64,000 nt of DNA from an uncultured Erysipelotrichaceae bacterium (GCA_900538465.1 UPXV01000008.1:1436-65435); one strand, 5' to 3'; counted from the stretch's first letter, positions 47,950-58,111 are shown. A program made the numbers and translations. Notes: generated from the sequence alone by a model not told the origin.

Positions 47950-49183
47950 ATTAGCAATTTGTTCCATAATGATATTTGGATGTCAATCTCAAGATCCAAA
48001 AATTGTTCAAAAAGGGAAAAACAATGAAACAGTTTCAATCAATTTTTTAACAGGTGCACTGTCTAAAGACAATATTGAATATATGAATGAGATAATGCAA
48101 AACTTTCATAAAGAAAATCCAAATATAGATATTGATTATGAAGGTTATCAACAAGAACAAAATACAGATAAGACTTTAGCTGATGTTATTGAAGAAAGAT
48201 TAAAGAATAATGAAGCAACTGATGTTGCATGTATGGATGTAAAAAATATTTTTGATTTTGTTAATGAAGGAAGACTTGCGGATCTTAGTGATATGCCTTT
48301 TAGTGATAAGCTCATTGATGTTGCTAAAAAAGATTCTATAGTTAATGGAAAAGTTTATTCTGTTCCAGCTGCATTGGTAGGTTATTGTATGATTTCTAAC
48401 ATGGATATGTTAAAAGAATGTGGTCTATCAAAACCAACCAATTGGGATGAATTCTTACATTGTTGTGAAGTTTTAAAACAAAAAGGATATCAGCCTATTG
48501 TAGGAACTCAAAAATTTATGAAGTTAATTATTTATGCTGGTGGATTATCTCAAATTTACTTAAGTGATCATAGTGATGAATATATTCAAAAGTTGAACAG
48601 TGGAGAAATGAAGATTAGTGAATTTGCTAGACCTGGTTTTGAAATGTTGCAAACATTAATAGATAAAGGCTATTTAGATGCAAAAGAAGCATTAAAATAT
48701 AAACCAGCTGATTTGGTTAAACTTTATAGTCAAAAGAAAGGATGTTTTGCGTTTAGTTTTTCTACTATGATAAAACCAAACAGTGTTGATTTTAACTTTG
48801 AATTATCTGGAATCCCAATGAAGGGTGGAAATATTTGTTTGGTTGCTTCTGATCGTAGAATGTCTGTATTTACAAAGAGCCAACATGTTGAAGAATGTAA
48901 AAAGTTTGTTGATTATTTTTCTAATGATAAGGTACAACAAAAAACTTTAGAAACATTTGGGAAATTCCCTGCATATAAAGATACAAATATAAAATTAGAT
49001 AACAGACTTAAAGATTTAAATGAAACAATTTTACATGGAAATACAATGTTACTTCAAGATTATAATTTAAGGTTTGAACAATGGGCAAATTTGGATGCCT
49101 TATGTGATGGTTTATTAGCAGGAAAAACTGTTCAACAACAATTGGATGCATTTGATGCTATACAAAAAGACTCTCTATCTTAG
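47927..49183 (+). CDS. ABC-type extracellular solute-binding lipoprotein (family 1, sugar-type), orphan; co-transcribed with hybrid kinase
   Basis: Lipobox IMIFGC, SBP_bac_1-like sequence; start overlaps HK stop by 23 nt; no permease/ATPase genes adjacent. Confidence 0.75.
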   Translation: MKIKNIIKLAICSIMIFGCQSQDPKIVQKGKNNETVSINFLTGALSKDNIEYMNEIMQNFHKENPNIDIDYEGYQQEQNTDKTLADVIEERLKNNEATDVACMDVKNIFDFVNEGRLADLSDMPFSDKLIDVAKKDSIVNGKVYSVPAALVGYCMISNMDMLKECGLSKPTNWDEFLHCCEVLKQKGYQPIVGTQKFMKLIIYAGGLSQIYLSDHSDEYIQKLNSGEMKISEFARPGFEMLQTLIDKGYLDAKEALKYKPADLVKLYSQKKGCFAFSFSTMIKPNSVDFNFELSGIPMKGGNICLVASDRRMSVFTKSQHVEECKKFVDYFSNDKVQQKTLETFGKFPAYKDTNIKLDNRLKDLNETILHGNTMLLQDYNLRFEQWANLDALCDGLLAGKTVQQQLDAFDAIQKDSLS

Positions 49184-49214
49184 TGATAGAGAGTTTTTAA
49201 AAACTCATAAAGGT

Positions 49215-51275
49215 TTAACCTTTATGAGCTTCAATGACTTTATTAACAATGATATCAGGAGCAAATTCATATCCTAAGAATTCCATTTCAAAGAATCCTT
49301 GACCTTGAGTCATTGATCTTAAATCAACAGCATAATTCATGACTTCTGATTGAGGCGCTTCGGCAGTAATTTTTACCATACCATCCTCTAAAATATCGCT
49401 TCCCATGACACGTGCACGTTTCTTGTTGAAATGTCCCATAATATCTCCAGTAAATTCTTCTCCAACATAAACATACAATGTGACAAATGGTTCTAGTAAT
49501 GCAGGTTTGGCTTTTGGGATGGCTTCTTTAAAGCACATAACTGTAGCTGTTTTAAATGCCATTTCAGATGAATCAACACTATGATATGATCCATCAATCA
49601 AAGTCGCTTTGATACCTAGTGTTGGATAGCCAGCCAAAACACCTGATTTGGTAGCTTCGACTAAACCTTTTTCAACAGCAGGGAAATATGCTCTTGGAAC
49701 AGCTCCACCAAAAACTTTTTCTTCAAAAACAAATGGAACACTATAATCATTCAATGGTTCAAATATGATTTCAACATCACCATATTGACCATGACCACCA
49801 GATTGTTTCTTGTATTTATAACGATGCGTTACACTACCACGAATTGTTTCACGATAAGGAATAATAATATCATCCAATTGCACATCAATCTTATATCTTT
49901 CTTTTAATTTTGCAACAACTGTTTCAATATGAATATCACCAATACCAAATAAACATTGTTGTTTTGTTTCAGGATTATTTTCAAAGATTAATGTTTGATC
50001 TTCTTCTAATAACTTATTTAATGCATTCGCAATTTTTTCTTCATTGGCTTTACCAACAGGTTTGATGGCTTTACCAAAATAAGGATGAGAGAAAGTAATT
50101 GGTTCATAAATGACACGATAATCTAAAGTACATAAAGTGTCATTTGTTTGAGTATATGATAATTTTGATAATGCCCCAATATCTCCAGCATTTAAACAAT
50201 CTGTTTCAATTAAATCTTTACCCTTCATAATATAAAGTTTATTGACTTTTTCAACTTCTTTTTTATTCACATTATATAAAGACATACCTGTGTGAATTGA
50301 TCCCGTACAGACTTTAAATAAAGAAATTCTACCTACAAATGGATCAGCAATTGTTTTAAAAATAAAGAGTGATGGAGGTAATGATTCATCAAAACCAATT
50401 AAATCATCTTCTCCCGTTTCTTCATTTTTAACAACCATTGAATTCACCATATCTCCAGCTGCACTAAAGAAAGCAACCATAGAATTTAAAACAATTTGAA
50501 TTCCTATTTGATTTGTCCCACATAAAACAGGAATTAAAGTATGATTCATAACTCCTTGGCGTAATGCCCAAGAAATCTCTTCTTTTGTAAAAGGTTCTTC
50601 ATTAATATATTTTTCTAATAATTCATCATTTGTATTGGCAACAGCTTCATCAATCATATTCTTGATAGGTGTAATCTCATCCCACATATGATCAGGAATA
50701 GGGCATGGATGTGTTTGTTCACCCTCGAAATAACGTCCTTCCATTTTAGCAACATTCACATAACCCACCATTTTGTTTCCTTCCATGATAGGAACTTGAA
50801 TAGGGGCAATGGCTTTGCCATAAGTCATTTTTAATTCTTCTAATTTTGTTTTGTAAGCAGCATTTGGATAATCAAGACCACTGATATAAATCATTTTGGC
50901 TTTGTCGTGAGCTTGGTGCATGGCTTGTTTTGTACCAACGTTAATCCCTTCAGTTGCAGGAACAACAATCAAAGCACTTTCAGCTACTTTTAACGCAGCT
51001 TCTACTTCTCCAACAAAGTCAAATGAACCTGGTGTATCAAGAATGTTAATTTTACATTCATTCCATTCTAATGGAATAACAGATAGACCAATGGAAGTTT
51101 GTCTTTTGATTTCTTCAGGGGAATAATCACTGACAGTATTTCCATCTTGAATAGTTCCAATACGATTTGTAATCCCAGCACGATAAGCCATAGCTTCTAT
51201 CACGCTGGTTTTACCACTCCCAGAGTGACCTAACACGATCACGTTTCCAATTTCGTTTGAGTGATAAGTTCTCAT
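49215..51275 (-). CDS. elongation factor G paralogue with degenerate GTPase motifs (EFG-II-like)
   Basis: EF-G five-domain length (686 aa); domain IV tip LIDGSYHSVDSSEMAFK matches EF-G; G1 GHSGSGKTS, switch II DTPGS (His->Ser), G4 SGLD instead of NKxD; ATG 51275 with AAAGGAG SD. Confidence 0.75.
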   Translation of the reverse strand: MRTYHSNEIGNVIVLGHSGSGKTSVIEAMAYRAGITNRIGTIQDGNTVSDYSPEEIKRQTSIGLSVIPLEWNECKINILDTPGSFDFVGEVEAALKVAESALIVVPATEGINVGTKQAMHQAHDKAKMIYISGLDYPNAAYKTKLEELKMTYGKAIAPIQVPIMEGNKMVGYVNVAKMEGRYFEGEQTHPCPIPDHMWDEITPIKNMIDEAVANTNDELLEKYINEEPFTKEEISWALRQGVMNHTLIPVLCGTNQIGIQIVLNSMVAFFSAAGDMVNSMVVKNEETGEDDLIGFDESLPPSLFIFKTIADPFVGRISLFKVCTGSIHTGMSLYNVNKKEVEKVNKLYIMKGKDLIETDCLNAGDIGALSKLSYTQTNDTLCTLDYRVIYEPITFSHPYFGKAIKPVGKANEEKIANALNKLLEEDQTLIFENNPETKQQCLFGIGDIHIETVVAKLKERYKIDVQLDDIIIPYRETIRGSVTHRYKYKKQSGGHGQYGDVEIIFEPLNDYSVPFVFEEKVFGGAVPRAYFPAVEKGLVEATKSGVLAGYPTLGIKATLIDGSYHSVDSSEMAFKTATVMCFKEAIPKAKPALLEPFVTLYVYVGEEFTGDIMGHFNKKRARVMGSDILEDGMVKITAEAPQSEVMNYAVDLRSMTQGQGFFEMEFLGYEFAPDIIVNKVIEAHKG

Positions 51276-51409
51276 TTGTATCACGCTCCTTTTTAAGATT
51301 TTCTTTCTTTTATTTTAACACAAGTGAGAATTAATGAAAACGGTTACAGTATAATTATAGTGAAATTTATAAAAAAAATGATATAATAAAAATACAGGAG
51401 GGCAAAACA

Positions 51410-51700
51410 ATGGAAGTTGGATTAATTATTGTGTTATTTTTATCAAGTGCATTAGCATTAGATTGCCTGTACAACCATAGAATAAAAACAACAGGAGCAT
51501 TGTTGATTTTAAACTTATGTTTAACTGTTGCTTTGGCTTACCAATTTCAACAAATGGAAAAAATCTTTTATTTGTTATTGGGCTGTGCTGGTTTGGTAGC
51601 TTTGTTCTTTGGTGTGAAATTCTATTTGAGAAAGAAAAAAGAAACAGCTGTCATTATTGATAATGCTGATCGAATGATTGAAGAAAAAGAGGAGAACTAA
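51410..51700 (+). CDS. hypothetical small membrane protein
   Basis: 96 aa, three hydrophobic segments; AGGAGGG SD. Confidence 0.45.
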   Translation: MEVGLIIVLFLSSALALDCLYNHRIKTTGALLILNLCLTVALAYQFQQMEKIFYLLLGCAGLVALFFGVKFYLRKKKETAVIIDNADRMIEEKEEN

Positions 51701-52182
51701 TGGAAACAATTAAATTTGAAATTGAAATGCAAGATGGCAAAATTATGAAAGGTGAACTTTATCCTGAAGTTGCACCAATCACAGTTAAAAATTTTGTTGG
51801 ATTAATTGAAAATCATTTTTATGATGGATTGATTTTTCATAGAGTCATTCCTGGATTTATGATTCAAGGTGGAGGACTAGATGCCAATATGAATGAAAAA
51901 CGTTGTCCATCTATTAAAGGTGAATTTAGCAGTAATGGTTTCGATAATCAATTATTACATACAAAAGGTGTTCTTTCTATGGCACGAACAATGGTAAAAG
52001 ATTCAGCGAGCTCTCAATTTTTTATCATGCATGAAAGTGCTCCACATTTAGATGGTGAGTATGCTGCTTTTGGGAAAATTACAGAAGGCTTGGATGTTGT
52101 TGATGAAATTGCGAATGTATCAACAAACTTTCAAGATTGTCCATTATCACCAATTGTGATAAAAACAATGAGGTTGTTATAA
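51700..52182 (+). CDS. ppiB: peptidyl-prolyl cis-trans isomerase (cyclophilin type)
   Basis: FHRVIPGFMIQGGG, SMARTMVKDSASSQFFI. Confidence 0.9.
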   Translation: METIKFEIEMQDGKIMKGELYPEVAPITVKNFVGLIENHFYDGLIFHRVIPGFMIQGGGLDANMNEKRCPSIKGEFSSNGFDNQLLHTKGVLSMARTMVKDSASSQFFIMHESAPHLDGEYAAFGKITEGLDVVDEIANVSTNFQDCPLSPIVIKTMRLL

Positions 52183-52183
52183 A

Positions 52184-52447
52184 ATGAAATTCTTTTACTT
52201 AGAAAACTGTCCACATTGTCGACGTGCAAGACAATGGATGGAAGAGTTGTATCAGGAAAATCCTGAATATAGAAAAATTCCTATTGAGATGATTGAAGAA
52301 AGCAAGCAAGCTGATATAGCAAATGCTTATGATTATTATTATGTTCCTTGTTATTTTGAGGGTGATCAAAAATTACATGAAGGGGTTGCGAGTAAGGACA
52401 TAATTCAAAATATTTTCGATAACTATTTAAGGAGGATGAAACAATGA
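52184..52447 (+). CDS. glutaredoxin-like/thioredoxin-fold protein (CPHC active site)
   Basis: MKFFYLENCPHCRRARQWMEEL; 87 aa. Confidence 0.65.
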   Translation: MKFFYLENCPHCRRARQWMEELYQENPEYRKIPIEMIEESKQADIANAYDYYYVPCYFEGDQKLHEGVASKDIIQNIFDNYLRRMKQ

Positions 52448-53454
52448 AAATATTAGTTACAGGTGGTGCAGGTTATATAGGAAGTCATATCTGTGTAGAA
52501 TTAATTCAAGCAGGTCATGACGTTGTTGTGATTGATGATTTTTCTAATTCAAGACCAGAAGTTTTGGATTATATTCAACAAATCACGGGAAAACGTGTAA
52601 AGTTTTATGAATTTAATATTCTTGATGAAGCCAAAACAGAAGCTGTCTTTAAAGAAAATCAATTAGATGCTATTATTCACTGTGCTGCATTTAAAGCCGT
52701 TGGTGAATCTGTTTCTAAACCAATTGAATATTATACAAATAACTTAATGACGACTTTAATTGTGACAAAAATGATGAGAGATTATCATGTTAACAATATT
52801 GTCTTTAGTTCATCTGCAACTGTTTATGGAGATCCAAAGGTTGTTCCTTTAACTGAAGATTGTCCATTAGGAGAAACAACAAATCCATATGGAACAAGTA
52901 AAGCAATGATGGAAAGAGTCTTAACTGATGTTCAACATGCTTATCCACAAATGTCAGTGACACTCCTTCGTTACTTCAATCCAATTGGAGCACATGATTC
53001 AGGATTGATTGGAGAAAATCCAAAAGGAATACCAAATAACTTGATGCCTTATATTATGAAAGTTGCAACTGGAGAATTGCCTTGCTTAGGTGTCTTTGGT
53101 GATGATTATGATACACCAGATGGAACTGGCGTTCGTGATTATATTCATGTTGTAGACTTGGCTAAAGGACATGTGGCTGCAATTGAAAAATATAATAAAC
53201 CAGGTGTGCATATTTGTAATTTAGGAACAGGTAAAGGATATAGTGTTCTTGAAATTGTCCATGCGTTTGAAAAAGTTAATGGCATTAAGATTAACTATAA
53301 AATTAAAGATAGACGTCCAGGTGATATTGCAACTTGTTATGCCGATCCAACACGTGCAAAAGAAGAACTTGGATGGGTTGCTCAAAAGACATTGGAAGAT
53401 ATGTGTCGTGATACTTGGAATTTTGCAAAAAAACAATTATCAATTGAAGATTAA
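52444..53454 (+). CDS. galE: UDP-glucose 4-epimerase
   Basis: Rossmann GGAGYIGSH, catalytic YGTSK, GalE-specific C-terminal region. Confidence 0.9.
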   Translation: MKILVTGGAGYIGSHICVELIQAGHDVVVIDDFSNSRPEVLDYIQQITGKRVKFYEFNILDEAKTEAVFKENQLDAIIHCAAFKAVGESVSKPIEYYTNNLMTTLIVTKMMRDYHVNNIVFSSSATVYGDPKVVPLTEDCPLGETTNPYGTSKAMMERVLTDVQHAYPQMSVTLLRYFNPIGAHDSGLIGENPKGIPNNLMPYIMKVATGELPCLGVFGDDYDTPDGTGVRDYIHVVDLAKGHVAAIEKYNKPGVHICNLGTGKGYSVLEIVHAFEKVNGIKINYKIKDRRPGDIATCYADPTRAKEELGWVAQKTLEDMCRDTWNFAKKQLSIED

Positions 53455-53542
53455 CTGATGAAGCACTTTTTGAAAAAAGTGCTTTTCATTTTCTTTCAAA
53501 GACATTTGCGCTATAATAAGTGTAGAAAGAAGGAATGTTGAA

Positions 53543-54073
53543 ATGGAAGAAGCACAATATGAAAATCATTTTGAATGGACCAAGCCATTATTATTAGAAC
53601 AATATAAAATCAGTAAACCATGGAAATTTCCTCGTTGGATAAGTATTTTTATTGGACTTATTATTCATATCAATTTATTATTGAATTTGGTATTTTTCTT
53701 TAGAAATGGTGATGGTAATAACTTATCGTTTCTTGTGATTTTCTTTTTATTTGTGATTATGTATTGGATGTTTCCATTTCTTGTTGTGGATTTGAAGAGT
53801 TCTCAGATAAAGAAAAAATATGGAGATGTAAAAAAAGACTCTTATTATTTTGAAGAGGAACATATTCGTTTTGTAGATGAATTCACTCAAAATGAGAATT
53901 TTATAATGTATAAAGAGATAACACATTTGCGGGATACAAAATCGTTTTATGTTTTAAAAATGGGTCCAAAAAAAGGATTGTTTCTTTATAAAAATGGATT
54001 TACAAAAGGAAATATGAATGAATTTGTTTCTTTTGTTAAAGAACAAGTTCATAAAAGTCGTATGCTTGAATAA
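53543..54073 (+). CDS. hypothetical membrane protein (YcxB-like)
   Basis: Two adjacent TM helices then soluble C-terminal domain. Confidence 0.4.
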   Translation: MEEAQYENHFEWTKPLLLEQYKISKPWKFPRWISIFIGLIIHINLLLNLVFFFRNGDGNNLSFLVIFFLFVIMYWMFPFLVVDLKSSQIKKKYGDVKKDSYYFEEEHIRFVDEFTQNENFIMYKEITHLRDTKSFYVLKMGPKKGLFLYKNGFTKGNMNEFVSFVKEQVHKSRMLE

Positions 54074-54078
54074 AGAAG

Positions 54079-54360
54079 GTGAAGAATATGAAGGTTAGAA
54101 AACATTTTGTTTTTTATGGACGTGTACAAGCCGTTGGATTTCGCTTTACAATTGATCAGATTGCAAGCCAGTTAGGATTAACTGGGTGGGCTAAAAATCA
54201 ATATGATGGGACTGTTGAAGCGTGCGTTCAAGGAGAACCTCAGTTGATTCAACAATTGTTAAATGAACTAAAAAGTGATCGTTTTATTCGTATTGATAGA
54301 ATTCAAGAAGATGATGTTGATGTTTTGGCACATGAATCATCATTTGAGATACATTTTTAA
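54079..54360 (+). CDS. acyP: acylphosphatase
   Basis: VQGVGFRFT motif, GWAKNQYDGTVE. Confidence 0.85.
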   Translation: MKNMKVRKHFVFYGRVQAVGFRFTIDQIASQLGLTGWAKNQYDGTVEACVQGEPQLIQQLLNELKSDRFIRIDRIQEDDVDVLAHESSFEIHF

Positions 54361-54621
54361 ACAAAAATCAAGGTAGTCTATTTGGTACAAGGATAGATGA
54401 AAAAAATAATAAAAATTTTGACATGAAAAAGTGTTGATATATTCAATGCTTTTTCATTTTCTTTGCAAAAAGTAAAAAAATAATAGATGACCTATCATTC
54501 ATATTGCTTTATAATGAAATCACTGTGTGCTAGAATAAATGAGCAAAATGATAAGAACATAGAAATATGTCAATATAAAAAAACTGCTGTAAGATTTTAA
54601 TGTTAAGGGAGGAAAAGGAAC

Positions 54622-56802
54622 ATGAAAATTATTAAACGTAATGGAGCAGAAGTGCAGTTTGATGAACTCAAAATTACTGCGGCAATTGAAAAGGCAAACA
54701 AAGAGGTTGTGGAGACAGAAAGATTATCTGAAGAAGACATTGATAACATTACCAATAATGTTAAATATCAATGTGAAAAAATGAAAAGAGCTTTAAGTGT
54801 TGAAGAAATTCAAAACTTAGTTGAAGATGAAATTATGAAGTTGAATGCTTTTTCAGTGGCTAGAAAATATATTACATATCGTTATAAAAGAGCGCTTGTT
54901 CGTAAAGCCAATACAACTGATGAACAAATTTTAAGTTTGATTGAATGTGATAACGAAGAAGTAAAACAAGAAAATTCAAACAAGAATCCAACTGTTAATA
55001 GTGTTCAAAGAGACTATATGGCAGGTGAAGTCAGCAAAGATATTACAAAACGTTTATTATTGCCTGAACATATTGTCAAAGCTCATGAAGAAGGGATTAT
55101 TCATTTCCATGATTCTGATTATTTTGCTCAACATATGCATAACTGTTGTTTAGTCAACTTAGAAGATATGTTGCAAAATGGAACAGTGATTAGTGAAACA
55201 ATGATTGAAAGACCAAAGAGTTTTTCAACAGCTTGTAATATTGCAACTCAAATTATTGCTCAAGTAGCAAGTTCTCAATATGGTGGACAAAGTATCAGTT
55301 TGTCTCATTTAGCACCTTTTGTTGATGTCAGTCGTCAAAAGTTTAGAAAAGAAGTTCGTGAAGAATTTGAACAAGAAGGTATTGAAGTTACAGATCAACA
55401 AATTAATGAATTGGCTGAGTATCGTGTTCGTAAAGAAATTAATCGTGGTGTGCAAATGATTCAATATCAAGTCATTACTTTAATGACAACAAATGGACAA
55501 GCACCTTTTGTGACAGTTTTCATGTATTTAAATGAAGTGCCTGAAGGACAAACAAAAGATGATTTGGCTATGATTATTGAAGAAACTTTAAATCAAAGAA
55601 TTATTGGGGTTAAAAATGAACAAGGCATTTATGTCACTCCAGCATTCCCTAAATTAATTTATGTTTTAGAGGAAGACAATATTCATGAAGATAGTAAGTA
55701 TTGGTATTTAACAGAGTTGGCAGCAAAATGTACTGCAAAACGTATGGTCCCTGATTATATTTCTGAAAAGAAAATGAAAGAATTAAAAGTGGATACAAAT
55801 GGTGATGGACATTGTTATACATGTATGGGATGCCGTAGTTTCTTAACACCATATGTTGATCCTCAAACACAACGTGCAAAATATTATGGACGTTTTAACC
55901 AAGGTGTTGTTACAATTAACTTGGTTGATGTAGCTTGTTCATCTAAGGGTGATTTAAAAGAATTCTGGCGTATTATGGATGAAAGATTAGATTTATGTAA
56001 AGAAGCTTTAATGTGCCGTCATAATCGTTTAAAAGGAACACCTAGTGATGTTGCACCAATTTTATGGCAATATGGTGCTCTAGCAAGACTTAAAAAAGGT
56101 GAAACATTAGATAAATTATTATATGGTGGATATTCTACAATTTCTTTAGGATATGCTGGACTTTGTGAATGTGTGAAATATATGACAGGAAAATCTCATA
56201 CTGATCCAGAAATTACACCTTTTGCGTTGGAAATTATGCAACATTTAAATGATAAATGTGCACAGTGGAAAGCTGAAGAAAATATGGACTTTAGTTTATA
56301 CGGAACACCAATTGAATCAACAACATATAAATTTGCAAAATGTTTACAAAAACGTTTTGGAAAGATTCCTGGTGTCACTGATAAAAACTACATTACAAAT
56401 AGCTATCATGTCAATGTCACTGAAGAAATCGATGCCTTTACAAAATTAACATTTGAATCACAATTCCAACAATTATCTCCAGGAGGAGCTATCAGCTATG
56501 TTGAAGTTCCAAATATGCAAGATAACTTAGATGCCGTATTGGCTGTTATGAAACATATTTATGAAAATATTATGTATGCGGAATTAAATACAAAATGTGA
56601 TTATTGTATGGAATGTGGTTATGATGGTGAAATTCAAATTAAAGAAGACGATGATGGTAAATTGATTTGGATTTGTCCTAACTGTGGAAATACAGATCAA
56701 GACAAGATGAGTGTTGCTAGACGTACTTGTGGTTATATTGGAACACAATTCTGGAATCAAGGAAGAACACAAGAAATTAAAGAACGTGTTCTCCACTTAT
56801 AA
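54622..56802 (+). CDS. nrdD: anaerobic ribonucleoside-triphosphate reductase
   Basis: ATP-cone N-terminus, C-terminal Zn ribbon CDYCMECG...CPNCG and glycyl-radical motif RTCGYIG. Confidence 0.9.
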   Translation: MKIIKRNGAEVQFDELKITAAIEKANKEVVETERLSEEDIDNITNNVKYQCEKMKRALSVEEIQNLVEDEIMKLNAFSVARKYITYRYKRALVRKANTTDEQILSLIECDNEEVKQENSNKNPTVNSVQRDYMAGEVSKDITKRLLLPEHIVKAHEEGIIHFHDSDYFAQHMHNCCLVNLEDMLQNGTVISETMIERPKSFSTACNIATQIIAQVASSQYGGQSISLSHLAPFVDVSRQKFRKEVREEFEQEGIEVTDQQINELAEYRVRKEINRGVQMIQYQVITLMTTNGQAPFVTVFMYLNEVPEGQTKDDLAMIIEETLNQRIIGVKNEQGIYVTPAFPKLIYVLEEDNIHEDSKYWYLTELAAKCTAKRMVPDYISEKKMKELKVDTNGDGHCYTCMGCRSFLTPYVDPQTQRAKYYGRFNQGVVTINLVDVACSSKGDLKEFWRIMDERLDLCKEALMCRHNRLKGTPSDVAPILWQYGALARLKKGETLDKLLYGGYSTISLGYAGLCECVKYMTGKSHTDPEITPFALEIMQHLNDKCAQWKAEENMDFSLYGTPIESTTYKFAKCLQKRFGKIPGVTDKNYITNSYHVNVTEEIDAFTKLTFESQFQQLSPGGAISYVEVPNMQDNLDAVLAVMKHIYENIMYAELNTKCDYCMECGYDGEIQIKEDDDGKLIWICPNCGNTDQDKMSVARRTCGYIGTQFWNQGRTQEIKERVLHL

Positions 56803-56804
56803 TT

Positions 56805-57326
56805 ATGTATTACGCTACAATTAAAGATGTAGATATTGCCAATGGAACAGGAGTGAGGGTCTCACTCTTTGTTTCTGGTTGTACCCATCATTGTCAAGAT
56901 TGTTTTAATGAAATTGCTTGGGATTTTCACTATGGACAAGAGTTTAATGAAGAAACGATAAATTATATTATCAATGCTTTAAAACCTCCTCATATCAAAG
57001 GATTGAGCCTTTTAGGAGGAGAACCAATGGAAATCACTAATCAAGAAGGATTGCTTCCGTTATTACAAAAAGTAAAAACGGTTTATCCTCAAAAAGATAT
57101 TTGGTGTTATACAGGATATGTTTTAGAGGATTTGTTAGAAGGTGGACGTGTTCATACTGATGTCAGTGATGAATTATTAAGTTATATTGATATTTTGGTA
57201 GATGGACCATTTATTCTTGAACAAAAAAATATTCGTTTGAAGTTTAGAGGCTCTGAAAATCAAAGAATTATTGATATGAATAAGACACGTCAAGAAAAAA
57301 AGATTGTATTATGGGATGAAAATTGA
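56805..57326 (+). CDS. nrdG: anaerobic ribonucleoside-triphosphate reductase activating protein (radical SAM)
   Basis: SGCTHHCQDC radical-SAM cluster motif, immediately downstream of nrdD. Confidence 0.9.
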   Translation: MYYATIKDVDIANGTGVRVSLFVSGCTHHCQDCFNEIAWDFHYGQEFNEETINYIINALKPPHIKGLSLLGGEPMEITNQEGLLPLLQKVKTVYPQKDIWCYTGYVLEDLLEGGRVHTDVSDELLSYIDILVDGPFILEQKNIRLKFRGSENQRIIDMNKTRQEKKIVLWDEN

Positions 57327-57365
57327 TCTTTTGGTTATACCAAAAGGTCATTTCTTTTGCTTTGA
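57327..57365 (+). terminator. intrinsic terminator after nrdG (CTTTTGGT-tat-ACCAAAAG + T-rich)
   Basis: 8-bp perfect stem followed by GTCATTTCTTTTGCTTT. Confidence 0.55.
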
Positions 57366-57496
57366 TTTTGTTATATGATTGAGATGTTTGTGTTAAATTT
57401 AAAAATTATTGTCAATAAAAATAAAAAAATCCTAAAATTAAGTGGAAATTTTCTTTTAAATTATATATAATGATTGATTGAAAGGAGCGTTCCTGA

Positions 57497-58111
57497 ATGA
57501 AAGAAGGCATAAGAAAAGAATATAAGAAGCAATATGATGCATCTACAAAAAAGATTGATGTTGTTGATGTGCCAGAATTCAATTTCATCATGATTGATGG
57601 AATCGGAAATCCAAATGTCGAAGAATTTAAGTTGAAGTCGGAAGCTTTACATATATTATCAAAAGCAATTAAGGATTATTTTAAACAGGAATTAGATTTA
57701 TTATATTTAATCTCTCCATTAGAAGGATTATGGGATACATATGATAATAGCCAATTTGATGTCACAAGAAAGAAAATGATTAAATTTACTTTAATGATGG
57801 CTCAACCAAAAGTTTTAAATGAACAGACTTTTGAACGTATAAAAGAATATATGGTCACAAGAAAAGATAATCCATATCTTGTTGATGCTTATTTGAAGAA
57901 GATGACAGAAGGTAAATGTGTGCAAATGTTACATAAAGGAGCATACAATACTGAAATTAATACGACAAAACAAATCATGGAGTATATTACAATTCAAGGT
58001 ATGAAACTTGAAGGATTACACCATGAGATTTATTTGAATGATCCTGAAAAGGTCGCACCAGAAAAGTTAAAGACAATTGTAAGATATGCAATTGATGAAG
58101 AAGGGGTATAG
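57497..58111 (+). CDS. GyrI-like small-molecule-binding domain protein
   Basis: Pattern VDVPEFNFIMIDGIGNPN... and C-terminal HHEIYLNDPEKVAPEKLKT typical of GyrI-like proteins; assignment by recollection. Confidence 0.5.
   Translation: MKEGIRKEYKKQYDASTKKIDVVDVPEFNFIMIDGIGNPNVEEFKLKSEALHILSKAIKDYFKQELDLLYLISPLEGLWDTYDNSQFDVTRKKMIKFTLMMAQPKVLNEQTFERIKEYMVTRKDNPYLVDAYLKKMTEGKCVQMLHKGAYNTEINTTKQIMEYITIQGMKLEGLHHEIYLNDPEKVAPEKLKTIVRYAIDEEGV

Noticed and set aside
54361-54621. Searched for NrdR boxes/T-box upstream of nrdD and gltX
   Set aside because: Only a partial palindrome TTGATATATTCAA and a hairpin terminator were seen; no convincing tandem NrdR boxes, and no room for a T-box leader upstream of gltX
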